15,113 nt of DNA from Candidatus Hermodarchaeota archaeon (GTDB taxonomy: Archaea; Asgardarchaeota; Heimdallarchaeia; Hodarchaeales; Hodarchaeaceae). Of this stretch, positions 13,465 through 15,113 are shown one piece after another; the stretch's first letter is position 1, and each line of letters begins with the position of its first letter. The translations under genes were made by a program, and so were the position numbers. The DNA lies in NCBI GenBank assembly GCA_048886185.1, contig JBHLKY010000043.1:1-15113 (forward strand), read 5' to 3'. The notes beneath the pieces were generated by a model that was not told the origin of the DNA, did not search any database, and was given only the letters and a program-made list of their open reading frames with translations.

Positions 13465-15113
13465 ATGAAGAGAAGAATGATCTATGGTGCAGTTTTTTTA
13501 GTTTTTTCCGTTTTATTAGTGTCTCAATTTATAATTTCAGCTAATAAAAACATGTTTGATCCCACTAATGACATCCTACAAGCCCGAAAAAGGAAAAATG
13601 AGCCAATATCAATAGATGGTGATGCTGATTTTGCACGACAAGCTAATAGAAATGGGTGGCCTGGCAGTGGAACTAGTACAGATCCATACATTATCGAAAA
13701 TTATGATCTTGAAATTCCCTACAAAAAAGGGAAAAAATCAATTCCATCTACAGCCATCAGTATCAGTAATACCACTGTTGATTTTGTTATACGTTATTGT
13801 ACGTTGTATAATTATAATGGTGATGTCGATGGGATCGTGCTTTGGAATGTTATTAATGGACACATCTATGATAATTTCATTGTTAACTTCGTTAATGGTA
13901 TTTTTCTTGTTGGATCAGACTATATAACAATTACAAATAACAATATTCAAGGGTATAGTGAAATCGCATCTATAAATCCAACCTCTCAGAACATCAGGCT
14001 TAAAGTGAATAAAATTCAGGCCTTTATCAGTCGTGGGGTTTTTCTGGATCCCTCCAATCACAATGAAATAACTAATAATGTAATATCGGGTTGTACAGGT
14101 TCGGGGGTGGAGCTATTAGACTCTTCTGATAATCACATTGCTGGAAATACAATTGATAATAGTGTAGGTGAAAATGGGATCTTTCTTGCAGGATCAGACT
14201 ACAATAGTATTGCAGACAATGATATTTATGATTCAGGAGCTATTACTCAATCAAATCCATCGTTACAAGGCATCAAGTTCAAAGTAGATAGGGTCCAAGC
14301 ATTTATTAGCAGGGGTGTCTTTCTAGATCCATCTAATTATAACTTTATTACCAATAATAAAATTTCAGGCTATACAGGCACAGGGGTAGAACTATTAGAC
14401 TCTTCTAATAATCTCATTGATAGTAATATGATCGATAACAATGCAGGTGAAAACGGGGTCTTCCTCGCAGGATCCGATTACAATAACATAACAGACAATG
14501 ATATTTATGATTCAGGTGTTGCTACTTCTGTAAATCCATCGCCACAGAGTATCAGGTTAAAAATGGATGGAACCCAAGCCTTCATCAGCCGAGGTGTATT
14601 CCTGGACCCCTCCAACCATAATGTTATTACCAATAATAGAATTTCGGGTTACACAGGCACAGGTGTGGAGCTGCTAGGTTCTTCTGACAATCTCATTGAT
14701 GGCAATATGATCGATAACAGCGCAGGTGAGAATGGGGTCTTCCTCGCAGGATCCGACTACAATAACATAACAGACAATGATATTTATGATTCAGGTGTTG
14801 CTACTTCTGTAAATCCATCGCCACAGAGTATCAGGTTAAAAATGGATGGAACCCAAGCCTTCATCAGCCGAGGTGTATTCCTGGACCCCTCCAACCATAA
14901 TGTTATTACCAATAATAGAATTTCGGGTTACACAGGCACAGGTGTGGAGCTGCTAGGTTCTTCTGACAATCTCATTGATGGCAATATGATCGATAACAGC
15001 GCAGGTGAGAATGGGGTCTTCCTCGCAGGATCCGACTACAATAACATAACAGACAATGATATTTATGATTCAGGTGTTGCTACTTCTGTAAATCCATCGC
15101 CACAGAGTATCAG
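13465..15113 (+). CDS. Secreted right-handed parallel beta-helix (NosD/pectin-lyase-like) repeat protein, 3'-truncated by window end (not in ORF track)
   Basis: Hand translation from ATG13465 is open to the window end (549 full codons). It begins MKRRMIYGAVFLVFSVLLVSQFIISA (signal peptide), then EPISIDGDADFARQANRNGWPGSGTSTDPYIIENY (typical archaeal beta-helix N-cap), then GxxL..S..NxIxxNxI rungs. Confidence 0.9.
   Translation, partial: MKRRMIYGAVFLVFSVLLVSQFIISANKNMFDPTNDILQARKRKNEPISIDGDADFARQANRNGWPGSGTSTDPYIIENYDLEIPYKKGKKSIPSTAISISNTTVDFVIRYCTLYNYNGDVDGIVLWNVINGHIYDNFIVNFVNGIFLVGSDYITITNNNIQGYSEIASINPTSQNIRLKVNKIQAFISRGVFLDPSNHNEITNNVISGCTGSGVELLDSSDNHIAGNTIDNSVGENGIFLAGSDYNSIADNDIYDSGAITQSNPSLQGIKFKVDRVQAFISRGVFLDPSNYNFITNNKISGYTGTGVELLDSSNNLIDSNMIDNNAGENGVFLAGSDYNNITDNDIYDSGVATSVNPSPQSIRLKMDGTQAFISRGVFLDPSNHNVITNNRISGYTGTGVELLGSSDNLIDGNMIDNSAGENGVFLAGSDYNNITDNDIYDSGVATSVNPSPQSIRLKMDGTQAFISRGVFLDPSNHNVITNNRISGYTGTGVELLGSSDNLIDGNMIDNSAGENGVFLAGSDYNNITDNDIYDSGVATSVNPSPQSI
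13894..15113 (+). repeat. Coding tandem repeat, 279-bp (93-aa) period, about 4.4 units; identical from 14479 to the window end
   Basis: QAFISRGVFLDPSN codons start at 14017, 14296, 14575 and 14854, and NG.FL.GSDY starts at 13894, 14173, 14452, 14731 and 15010, all 279 apart. By-eye comparison found no mismatch at period 279 from 14479 to 15113. Confidence 0.95.

Noticed and set aside
13616-13927. Plus-strand 103-aa ORF from the track
   Set aside because: Off-frame shadow inside the real beta-helix CDS that starts at 13465.
13894-15113. Repeat array considered as CRISPR or diversity-generating retroelement TR/VR
   Set aside because: The units are 279-bp in-frame coding repeats without unique spacers. 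Differences are not adenine-specific and no reverse transcriptase or cas gene is present.

Overview
AT-rich, gene-dense archaeal window with no rRNA, tRNA, CRISPR array or mobile element detected. The DGGGP-synthase-type UbiA, the stand-alone Roadblock protein and the archaeal beta-helix N-terminus suggest an Asgard archaeon; that placement is inference, not shown by the sequence. Left to right: (1) a 58-aa ribbon-helix-helix gene missing from the ORF track. (2) A tightly coupled minus-strand three-gene unit: a single-pass membrane protein ending in GGGG-CACACAG-CACACAG-GGR, then a PqqD/RRE + radical SAM + SPASM enzyme, then a class I SAM methyltransferase. This is the best candidate for an undescribed system, in which a RiPP-type maturase acts on the Cys-rich cytoplasmic tail of a membrane protein. 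(3) A ferritin-like/VIT1 iron transporter, a coiled-coil protein, a stand-alone PEP-utiliser swivel domain with Arg at the phospho-His position, and a signal peptide-FKBP-TM-8Cys zinc-finger protein. (4) A minus-strand lipid/polyamine operon: Ino1, DGGGP synthase-like UbiA, a BpsA-AdoMetDC (SpeD) fusion and a dolichol/phytol-kinase-family protein. (5) Roadblock, metallo-beta-lactamase-fold and hypothetical genes. (6) A secreted beta-helix protein missing from the ORF track (13465 to the window end, no stop) built from 279-bp/93-aa tandem units, whose 3' copies are identical at the nucleotide level.
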